Positions 49,539-59,642 of a stretch of 64,000 bases of DNA are shown piece after piece (position 1 is the stretch's first letter; each line of letters starts with the position of its first letter). The notes under the pieces were generated by a model, which was not told the DNA's origin, ran no database searches, and worked only from the letters and a program-made list of their open reading frames with translations. Origin of the DNA: an uncultured Verrucomicrobiae bacterium (lineage in GTDB: Bacteria > Verrucomicrobiota > Verrucomicrobiia > Opitutales > JABDGR01); contig CAVXVB010000009.1 in assembly GCA_963765205.1 (NCBI GenBank), positions 160,001-224,000 of the forward strand, read 5' to 3'. The translations under genes and the position numbers were made by a program.

Positions 49539-50801
49539 CTATTTGCTGAACACTTCAATTTTCAAGTCCGGGTTGCCGTCAGGTTTGATTTCGATTAACA
49601 TATCATCCTTGTCATTAGGATGCGCCTTGGTGAAGGAATGTTGGTCGTCAATGCTGGGGGAAAGAATGCGCGCATGGCCAAAGGCCGGGTCGCGATACAA
49701 ATCCGCGCTGAAGGCGTTGCTCAGCCAGCGGTTCGCGTTTTGGCGCACATCCACCCGGTAGCGGCCGGGCACCGGCCCCAGCTTGGCGGGCACCGAGAAG
49801 GTGCCAATCGTGACGCCGGCGGTGGAATTAAAAACATGGGCCACAATCGGCCCCGCGCCCACCGTGTCCAGTGGCGTGAGAATCACGTAGCCAAACGGCA
49901 GCGGCCGGCCATCCAGCCATACAGAACCGCGGATCGCCACGCGAGGCTGGTCCGTCAGGAAACCATATGCGCGCACCCAATTGTAGAACAAATCCGGCCA
50001 CGCGCCCAACGACGCGTCGCCTTGGGCGAGTCCCGCGCCGACATCTACTTTGGGAAAGAAATGCGCCTCAACCGGTACCCGCGCCCGCGGGCCACGCAGA
50101 AAATTCCACAGGTCAATCATGCTCGAAATATTGTCCTTGGCATTTGTCGAGCCGACGAGAAACGTCGGGGGCGGCAGCACCGTGCCGGCTTGGGGCGCAC
50201 CCGCCCCATAAATCAAGGCCATGAAATCGGGGTGGTTGGAGGCGCGCTCCACCGGGTCAGACGAGTCTTGATTGGGTTGGGGCGGTGGGGCAAAGGCGGC
50301 GTCCGTGGCCGGCCCCGCGCCCGCGCCAAACCCCAGCAAGCCGATGCGCGCGGCGGAAAGGTGATAGTCCGCCGCCTTGGCATGCAGGTATTGCACCGCG
50401 CGATTGACATCCCCGGCTGCGCCTCCGCCTGCGGGCCCTGGCGCGCTCCCGTATCGCAGCACAAACGCCGCCAGCCCGTGCGTATTCAGCCATTGCGCCA
50501 CGGGCACGCCCTCCGGCTCCGCGCTCCCACCGGCATATGTCCCGCTGGGCACAATCAAAACGCCCGCCCCGGTGTTATTGGCCGCCGGTGGTAGAAAGGG
50601 GTAAATCGCGGGTTGATCCGCGCCGACGCCCCCACTGGCCGAAGACCCGCCGACGGGCCAAAGCAAAACGGGCGCGGGGATTTGCGCCGGGATGCCCGCG
50701 CGGGGAGCAGAAACATCCGCACATGAGGCAACGGCAGGTAAAATGACCATCAGCAGCCAGACTCGCCAACGCGCGATAAGTCTCCAGGAGACGGGGGGCA
50801 T
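49539..50801 (-). CDS. Paralogous alpha/beta hydrolase lacking catalytic Ser/His, with extra C-terminal beta domain
   Basis: Colinear with upstream paralog but GFGAG, PSGTY and KVDVG; C-terminal IRGSVWLDGRPL...GPVPGRYRVDV. Confidence 0.8.
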   Translation of the reverse strand: MPPVSWRLIARWRVWLLMVILPAVASCADVSAPRAGIPAQIPAPVLLWPVGGSSASGGVGADQPAIYPFLPPAANNTGAGVLIVPSGTYAGGSAEPEGVPVAQWLNTHGLAAFVLRYGSAPGPAGGGAAGDVNRAVQYLHAKAADYHLSAARIGLLGFGAGAGPATDAAFAPPPQPNQDSSDPVERASNHPDFMALIYGAGAPQAGTVLPPPTFLVGSTNAKDNISSMIDLWNFLRGPRARVPVEAHFFPKVDVGAGLAQGDASLGAWPDLFYNWVRAYGFLTDQPRVAIRGSVWLDGRPLPFGYVILTPLDTVGAGPIVAHVFNSTAGVTIGTFSVPAKLGPVPGRYRVDVRQNANRWLSNAFSADLYRDPAFGHARILSPSIDDQHSFTKAHPNDKDDMLIEIKPDGNPDLKIEVFSK

Positions 50802-50902
50802 GGCGTAAAACTTAGAAAAAAACTCCGGCAACGCAATACCGAACCAACCAACCTTCATTGATGATCGCCGCCAGCCACTGGCGCCGATTCTCTGGAAACT
50901 GT

Positions 50903-51345
<443 letters not shown>

Positions 51346-51350
51346 TCGTC

Positions 51351-51947
51351 GCCAGCGGCACGCCCGCGCCGTCCTACCAATGGCAGGTTTCAACCGATGA
51401 CGGAACCACTTGGGATAATGTCAGCGGCAACGTCTATATTGGCACGACGACCGCCAACCTGACGATCGCCAACGCCACCACGGCCCAGTTGGGCTACCAG
51501 TATCAAGCCGTCATCACCAACTTCGCGGGGAACGTCACCTCCACGCCCGTCCCGCTCGTGGTTGGCACTTCTTCCGCCCAACTGACCTGGCTCCAAAATA
51601 ATTTCACGTCCAACCAATTGGGCAATCCCACTATCGTTGGCGATACGGACGACCCCGCTGGCGACGGCATTCCCAATCTCCTCAAATACGCCTTTAATCT
51701 CAATCCCTGGGTGGATGGACACCCATTTCTTCCGCAACCAACTTTCTCTGCCGGCAACTTGACGCTTACGTTCCAAGACCCGCAAACCGATCTCACTTAC
51801 ACCGTCCAAGCCAGCCCGGATTTGCTCAATTGGAGGACCACGGGCGTGACGCAAACCAACGATTTTACCAACGGCACCGCGACCGCCAGTTATGCGATAC
51901 CCACCAACACGCCCGCATTTCCGCGAATCGTGGTGGTGCCTCTTTGA
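51351..51947 (+). pseudogene. 3' fragment of a large secreted Ig-like-domain protein
   Basis: ASGTPAPSYQWQVS...YQYQAVITNFAGNVTS Ig motif, then DDPAGDGIPNLLKYAFNLNP and YTVQASPDLLNW; no own start or signal peptide. Confidence 0.75.
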
Positions 51948-52068
51948 GACCAACCGGTCGAGACGCCGGGAAGAAACGGAAGAAAACTCGCGCAGGGGCG
52001 CAGCCGTTCGACATTGCTCAGGCTGCCCAAAGTATCGCCGAGGGACAGAGCCGCAGAGTGAAGAATTT

Positions 52069-52141
52069 AACCACGGATTACACGAATAGCACAGATAGAA
52101 GACGATTGGAAAAATCCGTGCTATCCGTGTAATCGGTGGTT
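52069..52141. repeat. REP-like imperfect hairpin
   Basis: aaccacggattacacgaatagcacagat ... atccgtgctatccgtgtaatcggtggtt. Confidence 0.7.
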
Positions 52142-52213
52142 CTCCGATCTTTTTTGCGAAATTGACCTTTGGGTTCGACCTATTGGGGTCATCTTGCCAA
52201 AATAAACTCCACG

Positions 52214-54064
52214 ATGGTTCCCCGACTAAGAATTCTGGCGTGGCTGGCCGTGGCATTCCTGGCCGCGGGTTGTTCGGCGACCCATGCCGCGCCCGCGGCG
52301 CCGTTGCCGTTGGCGCCGGGGCAGACAATGGTGGTCGTAGCGAAGGGCGCGCCGGCTGCTGAGCAGGATGCCGCCAAGTTGCTGCAAACGTGGCTGCGCA
52401 AGGCGTGCGGAGTCACGACGGGGTTTGAGATTCAAAGCAGAGAGCAGGGAGCAGGGAGCGCGGGGCTGGAGGTGGCGAATTCAGCGGTGGCTGCGCTGCC
52501 CAAGGACAAGGTGGTCATTGTGCTGGGGGCGGCCGCGGGCCAGCCCGACCCGCGCGTCGCGGCCTTGGAGGATGATGGGTTTTTAATCCATCGCGAGGGC
52601 AACGTCATTGCCATCACCGGCCACTCGGGAGACGGCACATATTACGGCGCGGTGTCGTTTTTGGACCGCTATGCGGGCGTGCGCTTTTACATGCCGACGG
52701 ACTTCTGGACGAGCCTGCCCGCCAGCCACACGGTGGCTTTCAATGGCGGCGACGTTTTGTCGCAGCCCTTTGTGGACTCGGGGGATATTTCGGGCTTCAC
52801 GATCAAAGGCATCAGCGACCCGGACTGGCTGCGGCGCATTGGGGGCCAGCGGCGCAAGGGCGGCACCCACCAGCACGACCTCAATGAGATTTTTCCGCCA
52901 GCGGAATTCGCCCAAACCCACCCGGAAATTTACCCTATCTACGACGGCAAACGTTACATTCCCGCCAACGCAGGCGACCAGACCTGGCAGATTGATTTCG
53001 CCGAGCCGGCCACGCTGGCTGCTGCGGAACAGTCACTCGCGGAGTATTTCCAAAAGACGCCAGGCGCGCCCTACATTGCGGTGAGTGTCAACGACAACAA
53101 CCACTGGAGCGAGAGTGCGCGCAACCAGGCCGTCATGGCCGAATTCCAGGCCAAGAATCCCACGGGCGATTACCAGGCCGCGGCGCGGAGCGACATTTAC
53201 TGGCGCTTCATGAACCAATTGGCCGGGTGGCTGAGGGAAAAATTCCCCGGCAAGCTGCTCATCGGCCTCGCCTACGGGCCGACCGGGGCGACGCCGGCCT
53301 TTTCGCTGGCGGATAATATTGTGGTCTATACGAACCTGCACATCTCCGAACTGCCGTTGTATGTTTCGGCGCCCGCCGGACAATTATCCATCCTCGATCA
53401 ATTTCTCGCGGTGGCGCACCACTTTGGCAACCATGAATGGTATGAAGGCGACGGTTTTGCCTTGCCGCGGATTTATTCGGACCACTGGGCGCAGTTTTTG
53501 CGCACGCTGGCGCAGCATTACCCCAGCGTGTATATGCACGCCGAGGCCTACCCGAACTTCGGCTTCGACGGTCCGAAATATTACATCATGGCAAAAATGT
53601 GGTGGAACCCGCAGGCCGACCCGCGCGCGCTCACCCGCCAGTTTTGCGACGACCTCTTCGGCCCGGCCGCCCCGGCGATGGACCAATACTTCGAGCAGGT
53701 CGAGGCGCTCTGGACGCAGCTCGACAGCGTCGAAGGCCCCAAGCGCAAGATTGGCGCCTGGTCCAACCAATTCATCACCACGCCGGCGAGCCGGTCGCTG
53801 ATTCAGCATTGCGATGACTTCTTGAAACAGGCCGCCGCCACCGCGCAAACCGATGATCAAAAATCGCGCGTGGCGCTGTTCGCCAAGTGCTTTACTTTCA
53901 GCGAAAGTTTGTTCGCGCTGGCCGCCCAACCCAGCGACGCCGCGCTCCACGCCCAGTCCGTCGCGCTGGCCCAGGATTTGATCAAAGACCCCTGGACGAT
54001 TTATAATCCCGCCAGTCTCACGCAGGCGATTGAGGCTACATACCATGACCCGGCGAAAAAATAA
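52214..54064 (+). CDS. DUF4838-like secreted lipoprotein (putative glycan-active)
   Basis: LAAGC lipobox, EDDGFLI..GTYYGAVSFL..AGVRFY N-terminal domain, HPEIYP, YIMAKMWWNP..D...FCDDLFGPAA. Confidence 0.75.
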   Translation: MVPRLRILAWLAVAFLAAGCSATHAAPAAPLPLAPGQTMVVVAKGAPAAEQDAAKLLQTWLRKACGVTTGFEIQSREQGAGSAGLEVANSAVAALPKDKVVIVLGAAAGQPDPRVAALEDDGFLIHREGNVIAITGHSGDGTYYGAVSFLDRYAGVRFYMPTDFWTSLPASHTVAFNGGDVLSQPFVDSGDISGFTIKGISDPDWLRRIGGQRRKGGTHQHDLNEIFPPAEFAQTHPEIYPIYDGKRYIPANAGDQTWQIDFAEPATLAAAEQSLAEYFQKTPGAPYIAVSVNDNNHWSESARNQAVMAEFQAKNPTGDYQAAARSDIYWRFMNQLAGWLREKFPGKLLIGLAYGPTGATPAFSLADNIVVYTNLHISELPLYVSAPAGQLSILDQFLAVAHHFGNHEWYEGDGFALPRIYSDHWAQFLRTLAQHYPSVYMHAEAYPNFGFDGPKYYIMAKMWWNPQADPRALTRQFCDDLFGPAAPAMDQYFEQVEALWTQLDSVEGPKRKIGAWSNQFITTPASRSLIQHCDDFLKQAAATAQTDDQKSRVALFAKCFTFSESLFALAAQPSDAALHAQSVALAQDLIKDPWTIYNPASLTQAIEATYHDPAKK

Positions 54065-54085
54065 TTCGTAAGCGAGGCAGAAACT

Positions 54086-55249
54086 TCACCGCATCACCCG
54101 CGCGCCGGGGCCGGTGCGGGTGGCGAAGACGACGGGGGCATGGCAAAAATATTGCGTGTAAGCCGCGATGACAGGCGCGGCGGTCTCGGCCGTAAATTCG
54201 GGGTTGGTGAGGGCCATAACTGCGCCGCCGAAGCCGCCGCCCGTCAGCCGCGCGCCATACACCCCGGGCAAAGTCACGAGGCGGTCCACGAGAAAATCCA
54301 ATTCCGGGCAACTGTTGACAAACAATTCTCGCGAACTTTGGTGCGAGGCGACCAGAAGCTTGCCCACGGCGGCCAGATCGCCTTTTTCGAGTGCGGCGGC
54401 GGCTTGCCGCACGCGCTCAATTTCCTGGGTGACATGGCGGGCGCGCGCCAATTGGTTGGGCGTCAAGGATGCGCGCTGGCGTTCGACTTCGGCGGAAGTC
54501 AGATCGGCGAGGAACCGGGCCTGGGGGTGGAATTGTTGCAAAACTTTCAGAGCGTCCTCACATTCGCGGCGGCGCGCGGCATAGAGCGAATCGAGGAGCG
54601 CGTGTTTGGTCCCGGTGTTAAAGATCCAGAAACGCGCGGTCTTGGGCAAGGGCAGGGGAGTGAACGTTTCGGCGCGGCAATCGAGCAGCACCAGGTGGTC
54701 GGCCTGGCCAAAGGCGGACACACCCTGGTCCAGGATGCCACAAGGCATCCCTACGAATTCATTTTCCGCCTGGCGGCACCAACGCGCCAGCGCGAGCAAT
54801 TCGATGGGCAGCCCGAACAATTCGCGCAGCGCCACCGCAGCGGCGAGTTCGAGGGCCGCGCTGCTCGACAGGCCCGCGCCTGCCGGCAGGTCGCCCGCCA
54901 TCGCCAAATCAAAACCCGCGGGAAACGAGCAGCCATTTTTTTGCAGCGCCCAGGCGACGCCGAGCGGGTAATTGGCCCAGGCCGCCGCGCCGGAGAGCGG
55001 CGTGAGGCCGGCCAGGTCCACTTCGACCGCCGCGCCATAAGTCGGGCTGAACACGCGTATGCGGTGATCCATTCGCCTCGAGGCCGCGACCTGCACTCCC
55101 CGATCAATGGCCGCCCCAATGACCAGGCCGCCGTTGTAATCCACATGGTTGCCTATAAATTCAAGCCGCCCGGGGGCATAGCTGCAAACGGCGGGCGCCG
55201 CGCCATATTGCTGGAGAAAAACGTCGGACGCAGTCACGGGCGAAGGCAT
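54086..55249 (-). CDS. galK: Galactokinase
   Basis: APGRLEFIGNHVDYNGG, PAGAGLSSSAALE, GMPCGILDQ, GARLTGGGFGG. Confidence 0.95.
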   Translation of the reverse strand: MPSPVTASDVFLQQYGAAPAVCSYAPGRLEFIGNHVDYNGGLVIGAAIDRGVQVAASRRMDHRIRVFSPTYGAAVEVDLAGLTPLSGAAAWANYPLGVAWALQKNGCSFPAGFDLAMAGDLPAGAGLSSSAALELAAAVALRELFGLPIELLALARWCRQAENEFVGMPCGILDQGVSAFGQADHLVLLDCRAETFTPLPLPKTARFWIFNTGTKHALLDSLYAARRRECEDALKVLQQFHPQARFLADLTSAEVERQRASLTPNQLARARHVTQEIERVRQAAAALEKGDLAAVGKLLVASHQSSRELFVNSCPELDFLVDRLVTLPGVYGARLTGGGFGGAVMALTNPEFTAETAAPVIAAYTQYFCHAPVVFATRTGPGARVMR

Positions 55250-55439
55250 GAGGGATAATGGGATGAAACAGCGCCCAGCGAAGATGTTAGAGCGTAAGGA
55301 TAGTGGGCGGTGGAGTGGAAAAAGGGAAGCGGGAAATGGGACCTCGGAAATAACCCAAGGGAAACAGGGGGCATTGCCTTTTCCAGCCAGGCGCGGTAGT
55401 ATGGGTTTCAGCATTGCTCTGCCATTCGCCAAACCCGTC

Positions 55440-56030
55440 ATGCAAAAATACTCGTCCACGCAGGAAGTCGCCGAATTGGAGGTGGCGCTCGAGAAATCGC
55501 GCCAGACGCCAGGCTTTCGCGCCCTGCTGGCCTTCTTCTGGGGGCTGATCATGGCGAAGTGCCTGCTGGCGCAGTGGTCGGCCACGGTTTATCACATTCC
55601 CATCAACACCGGCTTATACGTTTGGACCTTGTCCTTCGGCGGTTCGGGTGCGTTGACTCTCGTCTATGCCTGCATTTTGTTCCGCGAACTGCCCCGGATG
55701 CCATTAAGCGGGCGCATCGTCAGTGCAACCTGGGTGGGTTGCGGCGCGGGCTTTCTGGTGCTGGCGCTGGTGGCCGTGGTCTACGGAGCATTTACCGTTT
55801 ACTTGCTGCCGGCGTTGGCGGCGGTTTTGCTGGGGGTCGGGTGCCACATTCACAGCGTGGTGACCCGGCAGCGTCTCTTCCGAATTCTGGCGGTGGGCTG
55901 GTGGCTGGCTGCGTTGGGGCTGTTTACCCAGCCGGACATTCAATCGCTGGCTTGGATGGCCTTGAGCCTGACGGTACTGGTTGTCCTGCCGGCGGGTTGG
56001 TTGCTTTTCACCCGCCGTAAACAAGCGTAA
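55440..56030 (+). CDS. Hypothetical integral membrane protein (about 6 TM)
   Basis: Successive hydrophobic helices; divergent from galK. Confidence 0.7.
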   Translation: MQKYSSTQEVAELEVALEKSRQTPGFRALLAFFWGLIMAKCLLAQWSATVYHIPINTGLYVWTLSFGGSGALTLVYACILFRELPRMPLSGRIVSATWVGCGAGFLVLALVAVVYGAFTVYLLPALAAVLLGVGCHIHSVVTRQRLFRILAVGWWLAALGLFTQPDIQSLAWMALSLTVLVVLPAGWLLFTRRKQA

Positions 56031-56040
56031 CTAGGTCAGC

Positions 56041-58266
56041 CTAAGTCTTGCGTTCCGGCTTTTCCGTGCGTTCCGGCCGGTAGGAATAATAATCGTAATA
56101 ACGGTAGGAATAGTAGCTCGGCTCGCGGTGATCAATGAAGTTTACCACCATGCCGTAAACGTTGACGCCGCGGCGGTGCAGGCTTTCCAATGAGGTGCGC
56201 ACCTGGCGCAGCCGGGTGAAGCCCGCCCGCACTACAAAAATCACCGCGTCCGCGCGCGTGGCGAAACTGGCGGCGTCGTCGGTGAGCAGGATGGGCGGGC
56301 TGTCAAACACGACAAAGTCATAACGCTGGCGGAGGGTCTGGATGGAGTCACGGAAACGATCGCTCATCAGCAGTTCGCCCGGCTGGGCCGGATATTTGCC
56401 GCACGAGATAAAGTCGAGATTTTCGGAGCCGGTGGGTTGGATAATTTTTTCGAGGGGCACACCTTGGCCAATGTGTTCGGCCAGGCCCAGATCATTGGGC
56501 AGATTGAAGCGCTTGTGCAACTGGCCGCGGCGCATATCGGCATCCACCAACAGCGTGCGCGAAGCGGCAAAGCCCAGGGTAATGGCCAAGTTGGAGGACA
56601 GTGTGGATTTGCCTTCGGAGGGCATCGAGCTGGTCAGCATGATAATCCGTGGACGCTGGCCCTGCCGGTCCATATACAAGAGCGAGGAGCGGAGGTTGCG
56701 GCACGATTCAGCAAACATCTGCCGCTGGTCGCCGTGCTTCAGGAGTTCAACCTGTCCATTAATGCGCTTTTGCATCGGAATGACACCCAGCATGGGCTCT
56801 TCAAAACGCTGGGAGAGATCCTCGACCGACATAATGCGACCGTCGAGCGCGCCCAGCAGGAAGATGATGGTGATGCCGGCGGCCAGCCCGACAAAGGCGC
56901 CTTCGGCCACGGGTCGCAGGGGATCCACCACTTGCTCGGAGGCGGGGGTGGCGTGCAGGTTGATTTGGAGGATTTCCCCGGAAATTTCGTGGTTTTCCGT
57001 CAAGGAGGCGGAACTTTGCACGGCGAAATTATAGGTGTTCGTCAGCAACTGGATTTTGGTGGTGTCGTCCCGGATGGTGTTGATGATCTCATTGTCGTCC
57101 TTGTTGGTTTGCTCGAGCGTCTTTTTGGTTTCGTTGGCGGAAGCCCTTTCAATTTTCAGGATATTCACGATCTTTTCGAGCTGTGTCACTCGCCGCCGGC
57201 GCAGCTCGCGCAGGGTGCTTTGCAACTGGTCAAGCTGTTTGGCCAGTTCGGCCATCTTGGGGTGGCGGGGGCCCAGGCCGGTGCCCAATTGGTCGTATTT
57301 GAGCTGGAGACTGAGGAGCTGCTCATTATACAATTTATAATCCGAGTCGGGTGGCAGCAGTTTCAAGTTGTCCACTTCGCGGTCAATTTCATCCACGCGG
57401 TCGCCCTGGCCATTATTGCCCTCGACATAGTTTTTGAATTCGTCCGGATCCATTGGTTTGGTTTGGTCGTCACCCATCGTCGGTGCGGGCGGCGTGGTCG
57501 CCAAAGTGGTTGCCTTGTCCGCCTCCGACGGCGGGCCCGCCAGCGGCTCGAGAAATTGCAATTGGGCGTCCATCTCCGTGATTTCATCATTGATGGAGCT
57601 CAATTTGGCCTGGGCTTCGTCGGCAGCTTTTTCCGCGGCATCCACCGTGGCAAAACTATGTTTATTGACGTAGTCGCTTAGTTCATTCGTCTTGTCTTGA
57701 ACCTGGCTCTGGTAGTCCTGCGCCACTTTTTGCAGGTTGATGATGTATTTCTGAAAAACCTGGTCCCGCTGGACGTCCCGATAGTGGAGAAAAGCCTCCA
57801 TCCAGGCTTCCAAAAAATATTGGGTGAATTGCGGGTCGCTGCCGGTGGCGGTCAGACTCAAAATACTGGTGCCAGGGATCACGGCCGCATCGGGGCTCGC
57901 CCAGGGCGGATGCGCGCCATATTCCGGATGCTGGAGCAGCACGTTCGCGAAAGCCTCATGCTGCAAATCCGCGCTCTTCATCAGATGGATTTGATTTTGG
58001 AAAAAATTGCCCACCAACTCGTTGATGGAGGAGGTCGTGCCAATGGAAACCAGGTTGCTGACGTTCATTTCCGCGGTGGAGAAATACGTTGGCTGGGCGT
58101 CGCGCATATTCCACTTTTGGACGAAGCCACCCGCCGCCACGGTAATGATGATGATCCACCAGAAGCGCTTGAGGTAGATGCGCGCACGGAACAGAAAGGC
58201 GTGGAACGTCTCCGACCATTCGACGCGCTGGCCGCCTTCGTTGGTTTCGGTGACAGGGGTGGGCAT
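56041..58266 (-). CDS. wzc: Polysaccharide co-polymerase / BY tyrosine autokinase (Wzc-like)
   Basis: 2 TM with coiled-coil periplasmic loop, SSMPSEGKST, LLVDADMRR, FDSPP, C-terminal YYSYRYYDYYSY cluster. Confidence 0.92.
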   Translation of the reverse strand: MPTPVTETNEGGQRVEWSETFHAFLFRARIYLKRFWWIIIITVAAGGFVQKWNMRDAQPTYFSTAEMNVSNLVSIGTTSSINELVGNFFQNQIHLMKSADLQHEAFANVLLQHPEYGAHPPWASPDAAVIPGTSILSLTATGSDPQFTQYFLEAWMEAFLHYRDVQRDQVFQKYIINLQKVAQDYQSQVQDKTNELSDYVNKHSFATVDAAEKAADEAQAKLSSINDEITEMDAQLQFLEPLAGPPSEADKATTLATTPPAPTMGDDQTKPMDPDEFKNYVEGNNGQGDRVDEIDREVDNLKLLPPDSDYKLYNEQLLSLQLKYDQLGTGLGPRHPKMAELAKQLDQLQSTLRELRRRRVTQLEKIVNILKIERASANETKKTLEQTNKDDNEIINTIRDDTTKIQLLTNTYNFAVQSSASLTENHEISGEILQINLHATPASEQVVDPLRPVAEGAFVGLAAGITIIFLLGALDGRIMSVEDLSQRFEEPMLGVIPMQKRINGQVELLKHGDQRQMFAESCRNLRSSLLYMDRQGQRPRIIMLTSSMPSEGKSTLSSNLAITLGFAASRTLLVDADMRRGQLHKRFNLPNDLGLAEHIGQGVPLEKIIQPTGSENLDFISCGKYPAQPGELLMSDRFRDSIQTLRQRYDFVVFDSPPILLTDDAASFATRADAVIFVVRAGFTRLRQVRTSLESLHRRGVNVYGMVVNFIDHREPSYYSYRYYDYYSYRPERTEKPERKT

Positions 58267-58291
58267 GGGAAAGGGGGGAGGGGAAGGCGGT

Positions 58292-59539
58292 TTAGCGGTT
58301 GGCCAGAATGGACCAGTCCACATTGACGTCGTCGCCAGCTTGGAGGACCATGTCCTGATCCTTTTGATTGCGCAAGAGCACCGCATCCACATCCACCTTG
58401 TAGGTGTGCAATTGATCCTTGCCGTCCTTGTCCTTTTCCCAACGGAGGACGCGGACCGTGTGCTTCGAGAAATCGGTCCAGCCCGCGTCAATGATGGCCG
58501 TGGAAACCGTCATCGGTTCATTGGCGGGAAGCAGGATGCGCAAGGCCGGCTGGTGTTCGATTTCACCGGAAACAATCACATAGCCATTGGTTTCAGTCAA
58601 GGAGGGCACGGTGACGGCGTCGCCGGGACTGAGCACATACATGTCTGGCTCCCTGCCTTTGCTGATCAAGTCCGCCACATTAACTTCGGTTTTTGTTGGT
58701 TTGTCCGGGTCGTCGGTTTGATGAATGATGGTGACGTGTTTGGTGTCCGCCCCGGGGGCAAAGTCGCCGGCCGCGCGAATGACGTCGGATAGCGTCAGCA
58801 GGTGGTCGTTGGGCACTGGCACTTGCAGGTTGTTTCTCATGACTGCGCCATTGATGGTGACATGGCCACGGGACTGGTCGCTATGAAACAAAGCTACTTT
58901 GATGGTGGCTTTATTGTATAACTCCAATTTGGTCTCATTGGGACCCAAATTCTGGTCGGTCAACCGGTCTTGCAGCGCTTGTACCACCTGCCGCAAAGTA
59001 AAGCCGGCGGCCTTGATGGGTTCCGGCAGATAGGGCACATTATTCACCAAGCCTTTTTCATCCACCAGCAACAATGTCGGCGGATCCTGGTCTTCGACCA
59101 CTTGGTAAATGAATTGGTCACCCGGCTCCAAAATATGTTTGTTGTCAATTTGCTCGGGATCCGAGCTTAAAGGGATGGTGGAAAAATTAGGCCCGGATGG
59201 AATTACCGGTGCGGCCACAGTCGGCGCGGTAGCCGCTGGCGCCGCAGCGGTGGTGTTAGCTGATGCTGACGGAAGAACCAACGCCCCGGAAATGGTATTC
59301 GAGCCAGGGACGGGCCCCAGGGCGGGGTTTGCCACAGTGGACGTCGCGTTGGGATCGGGAACGACCTGACCTGTGACACCGTTAATGGTGATAGTTCCCG
59401 TAGGTGTCTGAAAGGCATTCGGACCCGACTGCGAGTTGGTGCCGAAATTAGGTTGGGACGGCCCATTATGCGTGACCTGCGCCATGGCCCAAAGCTGGGT
59501 CGCCAGCCAAGCGAACAAGGCGATACGGCGGGTAGGCAT
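58292..59539 (-). CDS. Polysaccharide export OPX (Wza-like, SLBB domains)
   Basis: ILEPGDQFIYQV..D, VDEKGLV..PYL..IKAAGFT poly_export motif; repeated L.PGD.V.V. Confidence 0.85.
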   Translation of the reverse strand: MPTRRIALFAWLATQLWAMAQVTHNGPSQPNFGTNSQSGPNAFQTPTGTITINGVTGQVVPDPNATSTVANPALGPVPGSNTISGALVLPSASANTTAAAPAATAPTVAAPVIPSGPNFSTIPLSSDPEQIDNKHILEPGDQFIYQVVEDQDPPTLLLVDEKGLVNNVPYLPEPIKAAGFTLRQVVQALQDRLTDQNLGPNETKLELYNKATIKVALFHSDQSRGHVTINGAVMRNNLQVPVPNDHLLTLSDVIRAAGDFAPGADTKHVTIIHQTDDPDKPTKTEVNVADLISKGREPDMYVLSPGDAVTVPSLTETNGYVIVSGEIEHQPALRILLPANEPMTVSTAIIDAGWTDFSKHTVRVLRWEKDKDGKDQLHTYKVDVDAVLLRNQKDQDMVLQAGDDVNVDWSILANR

Positions 59540-59642
59540 AAATGGACGAAGAGGGAACACGCGGTAACAATGTAGCACGCGAAAAGAGTTTAGGCTATCT
59601 TAAAAAACGGCTCCGGAGCCACCGGCGGGCGATGGGCGGGGG

